Source: a virus (lineage: Duplodnaviria > Heunggongvirae > Uroviricota > Caudoviricetes). From it: a stretch of 64,000 nucleotides of DNA. Positions within the stretch are counted from its first letter, which is position 1; each line of letters starts with the position of its first letter. The stretch covers positions 8,820 to 72,819 of IMG/VR virus record IMGVR_UViG_3300010356_003454; one strand, given 5' to 3'. Under the pieces are notes generated by a model, which was not told the DNA's origin, did no database searches, and saw only the letters and a list, made by a program, of their open reading frames with translations. This document shows positions 18,332-28,962 of this stretch, one piece after another. Both the position numbers and the translations under genes were made by a program.

Positions 18332-19984
18332 ATGGCTGAATGTTCGGATCCTAAAAATCAAAATGTAAGTGGAGCCTTTCCTGGTTCTCAGGGGGAAAAC
18401 TCCGGTGCTTTAGAAGTCAATCTAAATGCAACTGGGGCAGAGATTTTTAATCCGAATCTTGCTCTTTCGGCTGTCCAGACATACAATACTATGAATAGTG
18501 TTGCTAATCAGATGTTTGGTATAGAGGCTCGTTGGTTTAGGGCCGTTCCTCAGCAGAGATCAAAGGATGTTATATTTCAGGAATATACTCTATCCTGTGT
18601 TGAAGATACTCCTCTATGTATAAAAGTTGTACTTCCTGATGGAAATTTTCCGGATAGCAAATACAATTTTGATCTTATGGGTCTAGAGTATAATATTCCA
18701 TTAGAAATACAAATTGATAAGAAATATTGGGAAGATGCAGCTGGATTTGGAACGGCTCCTCAAAAGAAAGATATTGTATATCTCCCTCTTCCAAATAAAT
18801 TATATCAAGTAGAGTCCTCATATCTTAAAAGAGGATTTATGGAACAAGAGACTACTTGGGTTTGTAATTTAATTAAATACCAGCCAGAGGCTTCAAGAAA
18901 AGAAGGAGACGCTCTTAAAGAAACTATTGATAAGTATACAGTTTCCGAAGCCGATCTATTCGGAGAAATTCTCGATGGAGAAATGGAGAAGCTAACAGAT
19001 AAGAAGCAAATGTCTCCAATGAGTTCCACATCTCAAGATAAGTATAAAGAAATAGATAAATCGCTCAAGATTCTTCCTTATACATTAGATTTATGGGGAA
19101 TCATAGTAGCCGAATCAGTATATGATTTAAATACATCATCTATCTATAATGCCATAAGATATAAGAATTCTTCGGATCTTATAACAATAAATTCAGACAG
19201 GGCCATTACTTCATGGATTAATTCTCGGAAAGATATAGATAAACCTTATGATGTTGTATGGATTTTGCCAGATGATACATTGACCCCTCCAGCTAACTTC
19301 AAAATAAAAATATCAGGAAAAAAGAGATTTGCAATAGATGATACATTTGTTATTCAGAGATCAGAAGCTTTGAACTTCTATGCAAAAGTTATAGATGACA
19401 ATCATGCTGCTAGCGGGATTTACTGGTGTAAAGTTGATCAAAAGGTATTAGATCATCTGAATTCTATTCAATATCAGTGGTGGACAAAGCCAGGATGGAA
19501 AATGAGAGTAAAGGATCCTATAGTTATAATTGATGGAATAAATGAAACAACAACAGGATTTGAAGTTACTATAAATGCGGATCAATATATTAAGATTAAA
19601 TATGGATTGCAGGAATATATTACTGCTATGCCTCAAAGAATGATTCAAGGAGATTGGCATGGTTTTGTAATTAATATAGGGAATTCGTGGAATCAGTATA
19701 ATGTATATGTTTGGAAGCCAAGTTTAACGGATGATACTCAGAAGCTCCAAAACATATTCTATGAGACTATTCCATTTACTGCTCAAGAAACTACTGTTGA
19801 TCAATATAGCGTAGATAAATCATACTCATATATGACTAATATACGATTATTTAATTCTACGATAGAAGAGGAAAGACAAGTGGAAGAATTACTATCGTAT
19901 TTTTCTAAGAATGCTGATAAAGCACTTATCTTAGATTCGGCTGACCCCCGCTTCAGGGCTCCATACATAAGTCATCAAAGATAA
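18332..19984 (+). CDS. Neck/head-completion protein (T4 gp14-like N-terminus) with C-terminal extension
   Basis: G.E..IP.EIQIDKKYWE...G..PQKKDIVYLPLPNKLYQV resembles gp14; position upstream of terminase and sheath. Confidence 0.55.
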   Translation: MAECSDPKNQNVSGAFPGSQGENSGALEVNLNATGAEIFNPNLALSAVQTYNTMNSVANQMFGIEARWFRAVPQQRSKDVIFQEYTLSCVEDTPLCIKVVLPDGNFPDSKYNFDLMGLEYNIPLEIQIDKKYWEDAAGFGTAPQKKDIVYLPLPNKLYQVESSYLKRGFMEQETTWVCNLIKYQPEASRKEGDALKETIDKYTVSEADLFGEILDGEMEKLTDKKQMSPMSSTSQDKYKEIDKSLKILPYTLDLWGIIVAESVYDLNTSSIYNAIRYKNSSDLITINSDRAITSWINSRKDIDKPYDVVWILPDDTLTPPANFKIKISGKKRFAIDDTFVIQRSEALNFYAKVIDDNHAASGIYWCKVDQKVLDHLNSIQYQWWTKPGWKMRVKDPIVIIDGINETTTGFEVTINADQYIKIKYGLQEYITAMPQRMIQGDWHGFVINIGNSWNQYNVYVWKPSLTDDTQKLQNIFYETIPFTAQETTVDQYSVDKSYSYMTNIRLFNSTIEEERQVEELLSYFSKNADKALILDSADPRFRAPYISHQR

Positions 19985-20033
19985 TTTATTAATAAAAACA
20001 TTTTAGATAATGCAAATCCATGATATATACTAT

Positions 20034-20735
20034 ATGAAAAATATAGTATATATTACTACGAATCATGTAAATGGAAAACAATATGTGGGTTCCCACTCTA
20101 CTAATAATTTAAATGATTCATATTTGGGTAGCGGAGTTTTATTAAAAAAATCTATTAAAAAATATGGATCTAATAATTTTTCCCGAGAGATTATTAAAAT
20201 TTGTGAATCCCGAGAAGAGGCTATTATCTTAGAAGAAGAATATATTAATCGATTTGAAACTCTAAATCCTAAAGGATATAATCTTAGTCCTTATGGAAAT
20301 GCTGCTTTTCCTGGAGAAAAAAATCCAATGTATGGAAAGAGTCCTTGGAATAAAGGAAAAACCGGAATATATTCAGAGGAGACTTTATTAAAAATTTCAG
20401 CAGGGTCAAAAGGAAGAGGATTTCAAAAAGGCCATTCTCACTCTATGGAAACTCGGGAAAAAATTAGTAAAGCACAAAAAGGAAATCAAAAATGGCTGGG
20501 AAAATCTCATTCGGCCGGATCTAAAAAGAAAATGAGCGAATCGCATAAAGGCCAAATTCCATCCAATAAGGGAATTTCTATGTCCCAGGATCAAAAGGAA
20601 AAGCTGAGAATTTCTCATTTTGGAAAAAATCCTTTTGAAAATATGCCAATAGGGAAATGCATTTATTGCGGGGCAGAGATGAAAATGAGCCATCTTAATA
20701 GATATCACAATAAAAATTGTAAAAGACGTATTTAG
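20034..20735 (+). CDS. GIY-YIG homing endonuclease with NUMOD3-like repeats
   Basis: IVYITTNHVNGKQYVGSH..YLGSG; HS.E...KIS.A.KG repeats; C-terminal CIYC..H..C. Confidence 0.85.
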   Translation: MKNIVYITTNHVNGKQYVGSHSTNNLNDSYLGSGVLLKKSIKKYGSNNFSREIIKICESREEAIILEEEYINRFETLNPKGYNLSPYGNAAFPGEKNPMYGKSPWNKGKTGIYSEETLLKISAGSKGRGFQKGHSHSMETREKISKAQKGNQKWLGKSHSAGSKKKMSESHKGQIPSNKGISMSQDQKEKLRISHFGKNPFENMPIGKCIYCGAEMKMSHLNRYHNKNCKRRI

Positions 20736-20804
20736 GCGAAATAGAACTTTGTCGCTTTTTTTCGTCTCTTTTCGGATATATATAAAAAACTAATCCGAAA
20801 AGTT

Positions 20805-21443
20805 ATGACTATCAAAGATGAAAGAAAAAATCTTGAAGATTTAATCGAAAAGAGCTCTCCTTCTTTGGAAGATGCACAAATACCTATGATGGACCCATCT
20901 GCTCTTCAAGGGATGAAGCCCACATTTAATATGGATTTTGCAAGGACAAAGAAAAATTGTCAAAGAAGAGCAAGGGCTATGATTAAAAAGGCTACAGGAC
21001 TTATGCTAACCGATGGAATGGTGGCAGAAAATCCATATCTCCGAAGTAAAATGCAAATGGATATCCTCTCATTAACCGGACTCCTTTATCAATTAGAAGT
21101 GAATGAAATGATGCAGGAAACCCTTATGGAAGAGGTACGTGCGGGAGCGGCTCACCCTCGTATGTTTGAAGTTTTTGGAAATCTCTCTAAAACAATTGGT
21201 GATTTGAATAAGCAATTACTTCAGACTGTAGAAGCTATCAAAATGACATATAGAGATGTTAAGGGCGATATCCGGGAGAAAATGGAAGAGCTTAAAGCAA
21301 TAGGACCAGGCGAATCAGGAATTATGAGAAATTCACAGGGACTTGTTACTATGGGGACTAAAGAATTAATAAAAGAGGCAAAAAAATTAAAGACAGTAGA
21401 AGCTTCTAATGAAAATATAGAAGACGTTAAAGAGCTTGATTGA
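20805..21443 (+). CDS. Putative terminase small subunit
   Basis: Helical 212-aa ORF directly upstream of the large terminase; assignment by position only. Confidence 0.45.
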   Translation: MTIKDERKNLEDLIEKSSPSLEDAQIPMMDPSALQGMKPTFNMDFARTKKNCQRRARAMIKKATGLMLTDGMVAENPYLRSKMQMDILSLTGLLYQLEVNEMMQETLMEEVRAGAAHPRMFEVFGNLSKTIGDLNKQLLQTVEAIKMTYRDVKGDIREKMEELKAIGPGESGIMRNSQGLVTMGTKELIKEAKKLKTVEASNENIEDVKELD

Positions 21444-21467
21444 TATATACGTTAAAAGACCGTTAAA

Positions 21468-23408
21468 ATGGCTCAATCAGTAGCAACAATTTGGACAACG
21501 GAAAAAGTAAATGAAGCTCTTGAAAAACTCCGATTTGGAGAACCTATAGATTCCACATGTTTTCACGAAAGGGATTATGAGTTAAGGGCTCAGAATATAT
21601 TTTTTCAATTAACACCGGAGGAGGAAGCAGAGTTTGTAAGATGCTCTCAAGATATAGAATATTTTGTTGAGAACTATTGCCGATTCATGACAGACTACGG
21701 AAGGCAAACTGTGGATCTAAGAGATTTTCAGGCAGATATTCTAAATACTTTAGGGGAAGAGGTCTGGTTAGAGGATCTCGATGATTTTGGTCCCAAGGTC
21801 CGAAATTATATTCTTATGGCATCCCGTCAGACCGGGAAGACTACGACTATTTCTGCTTTCTTTGCTTGGTATCTCTGCTTCCATACGGATCGTAATTTGC
21901 TCATTATAGCTAATAAGCAGCAAACAACTACTGAGATAGTGGATAAAGTGGTACAGGTCTTTAGAGGCTTGCCATTCTTCTTAAAACCAGGTATACGGTC
22001 CATTCAGGCGCTGGGATTAAGGTTGGATAATGGATGTAACCTCTATTCTCAGGCAACCACAAAAACCACCTCTATAGGTTTTACTATTCACGTATTATAC
22101 ATTGACGAGTTTGCTCATATTCATCCAAAAACAGTAAGATCTTTCTGGAGATCTGTTTATCCTACACTATCATCATCCAAAGTATCCCAGTGTATTATAT
22201 CATCCACTCCAGATGGTATGGACAATCTGTTCTTTGAACTCTGGGATAAGGCAAATAAGGGAATTAATAGTTTTGTCTTCAAGAGAGTTGATTACTGGGA
22301 GGTTGAAGGGCATGATGACGCTTGGGCGGATAAAATGCGTGCAGACTTTGGAGACGAGGAATTTGCTCAGGAATTTGAATTGAGCTTCGATAGTAGAAGC
22401 AATCTTCTTCTCTCCGCATCTCAATTATCTTGGCTAAAGAGAATTTCTAGTCAATATGTTTATAAGGAGTTAGAAAAGACCGCACTAGATGACCTATTCT
22501 ATAGGGATAAGCTCTTATGGCATCCATCATTCGATCCTAATGAGGATTTTGACACAAAAAAATATAGATTTATTCTTTCTAATGATATCGCAGAGGGAAA
22601 GGATGAAGAGGAGTTAAAAGATAATGACTCTAATGTTACTTCTATATTCCAAATAGAATTAAAAACTCTTGCAAAATTGCGAACTCTTAGAAAGGATGAG
22701 CATCAGATTGAAAATCTATTCAGAATTCGTCAAGTTGGTATATTCAAGGACAATATCGGAGACGAGGATAATATGGCTAAAGTAAATCAGGCTCTTGTTT
22801 TTGATCAATTTGGAGATGAAATTTGTAAGCTGGTAACCGAAGTAAACTTTAATGGAAAAGCATTTCTCAGATCATTCTCAACTCATGATAGTTGGTATGA
22901 TGGAATTCTTATGCACTCTTTTCATACTGCTCCTATACCAGGAGAAAAAGAACCAAGAAAAAAACCAGGATTTAAGACTAAATCCGATAAAGATTTTTTC
23001 TGTAGATTAGGTAAAAAACTTATAGGAAATAAGACTCTGATAACGACTGATAAAGAGACTCTTTCCGAGTTTGGATCCTTTGGAAAGGTAAAAACGACAT
23101 GGAAAGGAATTGCTAAACATGACGATGCAGTTATGGCCGCTCTTAACGTTTCTCGATTCTATTCTGAACCCGAATATGGAGATTGGCTATATGATTTTCT
23201 TGAGGAAATGGAGGATTCCCCTGCTAAGAGATATGCTATGGATTTGCTTGAAGAACCATATGACGAAGCTGAAACTTCGGATAGTATGTTTGCAGCTCTA
23301 TATCTAGATGATTCTCAAAAGGTATCGGAGAATGAAAAAATTAGAGAAATTTTCATGAAAGAGAGGGGAACTAGATATAAGCCAGGCACAACATTTCCAT
23401 GGAAATAG
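21468..23408 (+). CDS. terL: Terminase large subunit (T4 gp17-like)
   Basis: ASRQTGKTT Walker A, VLYIDEFAHI Walker B, ISSTPDG, nuclease DIAEG and HDDAVMA. Confidence 0.95.
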   Translation: MAQSVATIWTTEKVNEALEKLRFGEPIDSTCFHERDYELRAQNIFFQLTPEEEAEFVRCSQDIEYFVENYCRFMTDYGRQTVDLRDFQADILNTLGEEVWLEDLDDFGPKVRNYILMASRQTGKTTTISAFFAWYLCFHTDRNLLIIANKQQTTTEIVDKVVQVFRGLPFFLKPGIRSIQALGLRLDNGCNLYSQATTKTTSIGFTIHVLYIDEFAHIHPKTVRSFWRSVYPTLSSSKVSQCIISSTPDGMDNLFFELWDKANKGINSFVFKRVDYWEVEGHDDAWADKMRADFGDEEFAQEFELSFDSRSNLLLSASQLSWLKRISSQYVYKELEKTALDDLFYRDKLLWHPSFDPNEDFDTKKYRFILSNDIAEGKDEEELKDNDSNVTSIFQIELKTLAKLRTLRKDEHQIENLFRIRQVGIFKDNIGDEDNMAKVNQALVFDQFGDEICKLVTEVNFNGKAFLRSFSTHDSWYDGILMHSFHTAPIPGEKEPRKKPGFKTKSDKDFFCRLGKKLIGNKTLITTDKETLSEFGSFGKVKTTWKGIAKHDDAVMAALNVSRFYSEPEYGDWLYDFLEEMEDSPAKRYAMDLLEEPYDEAETSDSMFAALYLDDSQKVSENEKIREIFMKERGTRYKPGTTFPWK

Positions 23409-23527
23409 AATAGAAGTATAAAATTTCACCTCGCGAGAAGAGATATATAATAAAACACAAGTACTAAATAAAAAGAGATTTTCAAGGAAATCTATATGAA
23501 TAAATAATAAAAATAATTTAATCAAAT

Positions 23528-26035
23528 ATGGCTAAACTTGCTTTAGATTTATCGCAGTTTAAATCCGCGGGTGTCTACACGATAGAGATTGACCAATCAG
23601 AGAGAATAGTAGTTACAACACAGTCATTAAGACTTCTTCCTGGTTTCTCAAAGGTCGGACCTTTTAATGCTCCTGTGTTTATCAGGAATACAAGGGATTT
23701 ACAGAAATTTTATGGAGATTTGGATAGGAAACTTGAGAGAAAGGGTTCTTTCTTCCATAGATCAATACAGACAGCACTTCTTCAATCTCCTGTATTTGCT
23801 ATTAATTTATTGGGGGGACTTAATACTGCTCCTGATTCTTCTCTTGATATGAGTCAGGGAATCTCCCTTTCAGTAGATTCGAATACCGATAACTTTGGGG
23901 ATTACTCAGACAAATATGTAAATTTCTTCAATAGGGAGAGATTTTGGAAAGCGGATCCTGAATATCTTCAAGGAATAGCTACTAATAAAGAAAGCGCAGG
24001 AACTGCCGAAAACACTTCTCTAGTTCAGGTAGCTAATGTTGGAACTAAAACTCTATCGTTTATATTTAGAAAAGCAATTGGCCTACAAGGATACGATGTC
24101 TTTGCAAGAGACTGGTATGGTGCTGATACAAATATTCCTTATGAATGGATACGTCCATACGATAAGATGAAGGATTATTTTATCAATATTATAGCTGTTG
24201 AGGGTGATTGGACTAATTATTCTCAATTATCATCAGATCCTTATTTTGCAGATTTCTTCTCTGCTGAAGGTATTCTTCCTTCAAAATTGAATGATTTTCT
24301 AAATTTACCAAGTGTTAATCTAGTAGGATCATGGGTCGGAACTATTATTCCAGACTTTAGAGATCAGACAGGGGCAAATCAATATATCGAAGATATTGTT
24401 AATGCTTCAACTCAGTTAACTGGTGTATTAGTTAATGTTAATAAGGAGGCTCTTGATCAACTTATTTGGGACGAAGACCAGAATCAGTGGGAAATGGGGG
24501 ATGGATCTTCAACAGTTACAGCTTCTTGGCTAATTGACATGGTAGGACATAATCTTATTGATGTTGATGATGCTTCCGAATATTCGTCATTCTTAAGTTA
24601 TGATCTTGTTGGTCTTGATCCTAGTGTACTTCATAATACTTTTAATATTACACTATATGGAAATGGAACTTCAACTGGAAAGAAATTCTATTTAGATAAT
24701 ATTTCAGATGCTAGCGCAATAACAGTAGGAACCTTAGTTAAAAAAGATGCTACTGCTGCTGATGATATTCCTGGAGTTACCTATGTAATTTCTAAGGTAT
24801 TTACTACAGATGCTTCTACAGTTGGATCCCCAACTGGAGTTTATGTTCTAGAAACTGCTGAACCTATAGATGGATATGCAGGAATGGTTCCTGGCGGAGA
24901 GATCAAAACTCAGAGACAAATAGATGATCTTTTTGTAACAGATCATTACTTAATGAAAAAACTTACAGGTCTCAAGCTTAATTCTAATCATCTACCCGGA
25001 TTTAATTCTCAGGGAGCTCCTTCAATAGAAGAAGGCGTTGAAAAGATTTACTCAATGCTTGAGGATCCAGGAATCTTAAGGGGACTTATGAATCCTGATA
25101 TGATCAATTACAGATATGTAGTTGACACAATGGCTTATGGATTAAGAGCTAATTGCGGTGGTAAAGTATATCTCTCTAGACTTGCTAAGAAGAGGGGTAA
25201 AACTACAGCTATTATTTCTGCTCCTTCCATCAAGCAGTTTGCAACTTCTCAGGATCCTTACTTCTGCGATACCTTTATTCCAGGAGTAGATCCTAAACCA
25301 ATATTCTCAACTGAGTGGATTGCTCAAGGAGGTAACCCTGATATGCCTAGAAGCTTCAGATTTACCCTTCCCGATGAGGATAATGGAAGTAGATATTGCG
25401 GAGTCTTTGGACCATTCCTAAGATATACTGAAGGCGATACAACTATTGATGTACCACCTGCATCTGATGTTTCTAACTCATACATCAGAAAATTCTTAGG
25501 CGGAGATCCTTATGCAATCGTTGCTAACCAGAATGGAGTTATTTCTAATCCTAATTTAGCAGGAGTAGAATATATGATCGACCGATATGACAGAGATTAT
25601 CTAGAACCATTTGGATATAACTCTATCATTGAGAGAACAGGAACAGGTCAGGTTCTTATCTATGCTAACGTAACATCCTACCAGGCTGTTAGAAGCGATT
25701 ACAATTACTTACATGTAAGAGAACTTCTTAATACAATAGAACTACAGGTGGATGAGGCTCTTCAGAACTTTGTATTCCAGTACAATAATCCAGTAATGAG
25801 ACTTAACGTTGTTAATACTATATCTCCAATTCTTGAAAGCATTAAAGATGCTGGAGCCCTTTACAATTACGAAATCGTAATGGACGAAAGCAATAATACG
25901 GCTGAAATAGTTGATGAAGGATTTGCAATAGTTGATATTGGAGTTTGGATTACTAAAGGTATGGAGAAAATTATTAACCGTATCACTGTTAATAAGTCTG
26001 GTGGAGCTAGCTCCGGTGGATTTACAGCAGCTTAA
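23528..26035 (+). CDS. Contractile tail sheath protein (gp18-like)
   Basis: SAGVYTIEID, PGFSKVGPFN, RDYLEPFGYN, LHVRELL, FVFQYNN, ILESIK..GALYNYEIVMDESNNT. Confidence 0.92.
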   Translation: MAKLALDLSQFKSAGVYTIEIDQSERIVVTTQSLRLLPGFSKVGPFNAPVFIRNTRDLQKFYGDLDRKLERKGSFFHRSIQTALLQSPVFAINLLGGLNTAPDSSLDMSQGISLSVDSNTDNFGDYSDKYVNFFNRERFWKADPEYLQGIATNKESAGTAENTSLVQVANVGTKTLSFIFRKAIGLQGYDVFARDWYGADTNIPYEWIRPYDKMKDYFINIIAVEGDWTNYSQLSSDPYFADFFSAEGILPSKLNDFLNLPSVNLVGSWVGTIIPDFRDQTGANQYIEDIVNASTQLTGVLVNVNKEALDQLIWDEDQNQWEMGDGSSTVTASWLIDMVGHNLIDVDDASEYSSFLSYDLVGLDPSVLHNTFNITLYGNGTSTGKKFYLDNISDASAITVGTLVKKDATAADDIPGVTYVISKVFTTDASTVGSPTGVYVLETAEPIDGYAGMVPGGEIKTQRQIDDLFVTDHYLMKKLTGLKLNSNHLPGFNSQGAPSIEEGVEKIYSMLEDPGILRGLMNPDMINYRYVVDTMAYGLRANCGGKVYLSRLAKKRGKTTAIISAPSIKQFATSQDPYFCDTFIPGVDPKPIFSTEWIAQGGNPDMPRSFRFTLPDEDNGSRYCGVFGPFLRYTEGDTTIDVPPASDVSNSYIRKFLGGDPYAIVANQNGVISNPNLAGVEYMIDRYDRDYLEPFGYNSIIERTGTGQVLIYANVTSYQAVRSDYNYLHVRELLNTIELQVDEALQNFVFQYNNPVMRLNVVNTISPILESIKDAGALYNYEIVMDESNNTAEIVDEGFAIVDIGVWITKGMEKIINRITVNKSGGASSGGFTAA

Positions 26036-26066
26036 AAAATGAATATATAAAATAAATTAACTCGAT

Positions 26067-26666
26067 ATGGCTGAAAATTTTAAAAGTCAGGGGTCTTTCG
26101 GCTTACCACATTTCAGAAATTCAAGAGCATCTCAGGAATTATATGAGCCGCTATATTTGAACTTATGGACAGTTCAGATATCACTCCCTGTGGGTGTTGG
26201 ATCGACGGAAGAGAACACAAATCTATTACTTGAAAATGTTCAAAGTATAGGCGGATTAGAGTCTAACTCTTTCCCAGCTTCTCCAATAGGACAGTTCTAT
26301 AAGTGGGCAGAAAGGCGTTTCGCTGGGGCTAAGCCCGAAAAGACCACAATGGATATAACTCTTAAATTTGAAGTTAACCTAAATAGAACCCCAAGTGCAT
26401 ACGTTCTAAAAACTCTTAGAAAGTGGAATGACCTAGTTTATGACCCCTTAACTGGTCGTACCGGATTAAAAGCAGATTATGTAGCTCCTTGGGCATTGAT
26501 AACCCTTTATGATAGAGCTGCTAATCCTTATTGGCAGTGGAAGCTCTACAATGTATTTCCAACAACTGCTCTTCCTGCTCCTGAACTTGATTATCAGTCA
26601 GAAGAAATCTACAGAATTGAAGGTTACGGCCTCGCATGTGACAGCTGGGATGAAACTATTGTGTAA
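26067..26666 (+). CDS. Tail tube protein (gp19-like)
   Basis: 199 aa directly after the sheath; FAG.KP..T.D.T..FE..WKLYNVFP...ELDY pattern. Confidence 0.8.
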   Translation: MAENFKSQGSFGLPHFRNSRASQELYEPLYLNLWTVQISLPVGVGSTEENTNLLLENVQSIGGLESNSFPASPIGQFYKWAERRFAGAKPEKTTMDITLKFEVNLNRTPSAYVLKTLRKWNDLVYDPLTGRTGLKADYVAPWALITLYDRAANPYWQWKLYNVFPTTALPAPELDYQSEEIYRIEGYGLACDSWDETIV

Positions 26667-26692
26667 CAACGAGTTACGTTAGTTATTTAAAT

Positions 26693-26730
26693 AAAAGGTT
26701 TAGCTCTAGTAGAGCTAAACCTTTTTCTTT
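26693..26730 (+). terminator. Intrinsic terminator
   Basis: Perfect 15-bp inverted repeat AAAAGGTTTAGCTCT-agt-AGAGCTAAACCTTTT. Confidence 0.9.
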
Positions 26731-26782
26731 TGCAAAAAAACTTTTTCCTGGGACGAATATATAAATTAAAAATCAATATATT

Positions 26783-27622
26783 ATGCCAAATTTTAAATAT
26801 TATATAATTTATTCGATAACTAATATTTTGAATGGGAAAATTTATGTTGGCTTTCATGCAACTAATGATCTAAATGATAATTATATGGGCAGCGGGATAG
26901 CTATAAACGAGGCCTATAAAAAATACGGTAAAATGAATTTCAGAAAAACTATCCTGGAATATTGTAATGAAAGTAATTGGTCAGAAAGAGAAAAATATTG
27001 GATAGAAAAATTAAACACATATAAAAAAGGATATAATTTAACTAAGGGTGGCGAGGGAACTTTGGGCTTTAATTTAACTAAAGATATGAAGAAAAAAATA
27101 GCAGAATCCAAAATAGGAAAGAAATTACCCAAGGATGTTAAAGAGAAAATTTCGAAGTCATTAATTGGAAATATTCCCTGGAATACAGGAAATATTTTAT
27201 CTAATGAAATTAAAGAAAAAATTTCAGTTTCCAATACAGGAAAGAAAAAATCGGAAAGAGAAAAATCAGAGATATCGAGAAGAATGAAACTGAATAATCC
27301 AGGAAAAAGAATAGAAGTTAGAAAAAAAGTTTCCAAATCTATAAAAGGAAAATTTTCAAAAGAAAATAATCCAATGTATGGGAAATCCAGGTCTAAAAAA
27401 ATTCTTGAAAATTATAGAAATAATGGCATCCGGCTTAAAGGCGATAGGTGGGAATATATGAGGAAAAAAATAAAATGTATAGATCTATTATCTCAGAAAG
27501 AATTTATTTTTGATGGGGTCAAAGATATGGAAGAAAAAATTGGGATTTCTAAAAATAAGTATTATAGGGCTTTAAAAGATCCTTCTGCTCTTCCAAATTA
27601 CAGATTTGAAAATATTATTTAA
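26783..27622 (+). CDS. GIY-YIG homing endonuclease (NUMOD3/NUMOD1-like C-terminus)
   Basis: IIYSITNILNGKIYVGFH..YMGSG; paralogous to 20034..20735. Confidence 0.85.
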   Translation: MPNFKYYIIYSITNILNGKIYVGFHATNDLNDNYMGSGIAINEAYKKYGKMNFRKTILEYCNESNWSEREKYWIEKLNTYKKGYNLTKGGEGTLGFNLTKDMKKKIAESKIGKKLPKDVKEKISKSLIGNIPWNTGNILSNEIKEKISVSNTGKKKSEREKSEISRRMKLNNPGKRIEVRKKVSKSIKGKFSKENNPMYGKSRSKKILENYRNNGIRLKGDRWEYMRKKIKCIDLLSQKEFIFDGVKDMEEKIGISKNKYYRALKDPSALPNYRFENII

Positions 27623-27681
27623 AACCAGGGAGGTTTTTCAGTCTATAATGATATATAGATAAACCGTGTAATATTTAAAAT

Positions 27682-28635
27682 ATGACTGAAGAAGATAAAA
27701 TCAAACAATTTGTTGAGAATCAGGAAAAAACAGAAGCTCCTAATCCTCCTATGGAAGCACACGTAGGACCTCCTATAGCAGAGACTGATAAATCAAAGCT
27801 TCCCTGGCAAAAATCAGCAGATCATGTATCATTAGGTAACCAGATTGGCTGGGATAAGATTAATATAAAAGATCTACCAACTCAGGGCCTATTCTATCCG
27901 GAAGGAACGGAAATTGCCATTAGAGCAGCTACAACTGGAGAGATAAGACACTGGTCAACTCTTAATGAAGATGATCTTTCAGCACTAGATGACATGCTTA
28001 ATTATGTCGTTGAAAGATGCTGCACTATCAAATTCCCTGGAAATAGTTTATCCTCATGGAAGGATATTAAAGAAGTAGATAGATTCTATATTCTTTTAGC
28101 TATTAGAGAAAGAACTTTTGTCAAAGGCGAAAATGTTCTACAGGTTAAAATATCTGAAACGAAGAAAATTGATGTGGCTAAGGATATGGTAGACTATATT
28201 ACATTTGACGATCGTCTTATGAGCTATTATGATTCAGAAAAAAGATGTATATCATTGAAATTTAAAACCGGAAAATCTCTAAATGTACATCTCCCATCTG
28301 TAGGCGTTACTAACTGGCTAAAGAATTATATTAATAGAAAACAGAGACAGCAGGAATCCTTTGACCAGGACTTTCTTAATTTTGCTCCTTTTGTTATTCC
28401 TGATTGGAGAGGACTTAACGATGCATCTTATGAAAGATTTGTTTATGAATCTCAGAATTGGTCGAATGCCGAGATTTCTATGCTCACTGAAATCAGAAAA
28501 ATATTTGCTGACACGATCAATCCTGTAATAAAATATAGGGATGAGCAAGGAGGTGAGCGGACCATTCCGCTAAACTTTCAAGGCGGGATTAAATCTATTC
28601 TCCTTATTTCAGATCCATTTTCACAGCTTGCGTAA
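27682..28635 (+). CDS. Baseplate hub / tail assembly protein (gp26-like)
   Basis: DLPTQGLFYP..IAIRAAT..EI..W; located between tube and tape measure. Confidence 0.55.
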   Translation: MTEEDKIKQFVENQEKTEAPNPPMEAHVGPPIAETDKSKLPWQKSADHVSLGNQIGWDKINIKDLPTQGLFYPEGTEIAIRAATTGEIRHWSTLNEDDLSALDDMLNYVVERCCTIKFPGNSLSSWKDIKEVDRFYILLAIRERTFVKGENVLQVKISETKKIDVAKDMVDYITFDDRLMSYYDSEKRCISLKFKTGKSLNVHLPSVGVTNWLKNYINRKQRQQESFDQDFLNFAPFVIPDWRGLNDASYERFVYESQNWSNAEISMLTEIRKIFADTINPVIKYRDEQGGERTIPLNFQGGIKSILLISDPFSQLA

Positions 28636-28903
28636 GATATATTTTATCGCAACTGATAAATGGGGATGGACAACGGATGATACAGATAAGGCAGAATTCT
28701 ATATGATGGAGTATCTCTTCCAAGATTTGGATGAAAAGATTTCAGAAGAGAATAAGAGATATAAAAAGCAGGAGGATGAATATAAAAAACAACAATCCTC
28801 TCAAAAAGCTCCTAAAATGCCTAAAGCGGGAGATACAAATTACGGAGGATTTAAAACTCCTAAACTCCCAATACCTAAATTAAGTATGCCTAAAATAGGA
28901 TAA
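28628..28903 (+). CDS. Small tail/baseplate assembly protein (gp51-like or chaperone T-segment)
   Basis: YF...KWGWT...D...FY...YL...L...I.EEN.R..KQ pattern; only a TTG start; frame is open from 28574. Confidence 0.45.
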   Translation: MRKIYFIATDKWGWTTDDTDKAEFYMMEYLFQDLDEKISEENKRYKKQEDEYKKQQSSQKAPKMPKAGDTNYGGFKTPKLPIPKLSMPKIG

Positions 28904-28926
28904 AGTGCTCTCACGAGCACTTTTTT
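28902..28926 (+). terminator. Intrinsic terminator
   Basis: AAAGTGCTC/GAGCACTTT stem plus T run. Confidence 0.8.
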
Positions 28927-28962
28927 ATTGTTGGGATATATAAATAAAATTGTCCTACATAT

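Noticed and set aside
21468-26035. Introns or inteins in terminase or sheath
   Set aside because: Both reading frames are continuous and show no intein splice motifs or embedded endonuclease.
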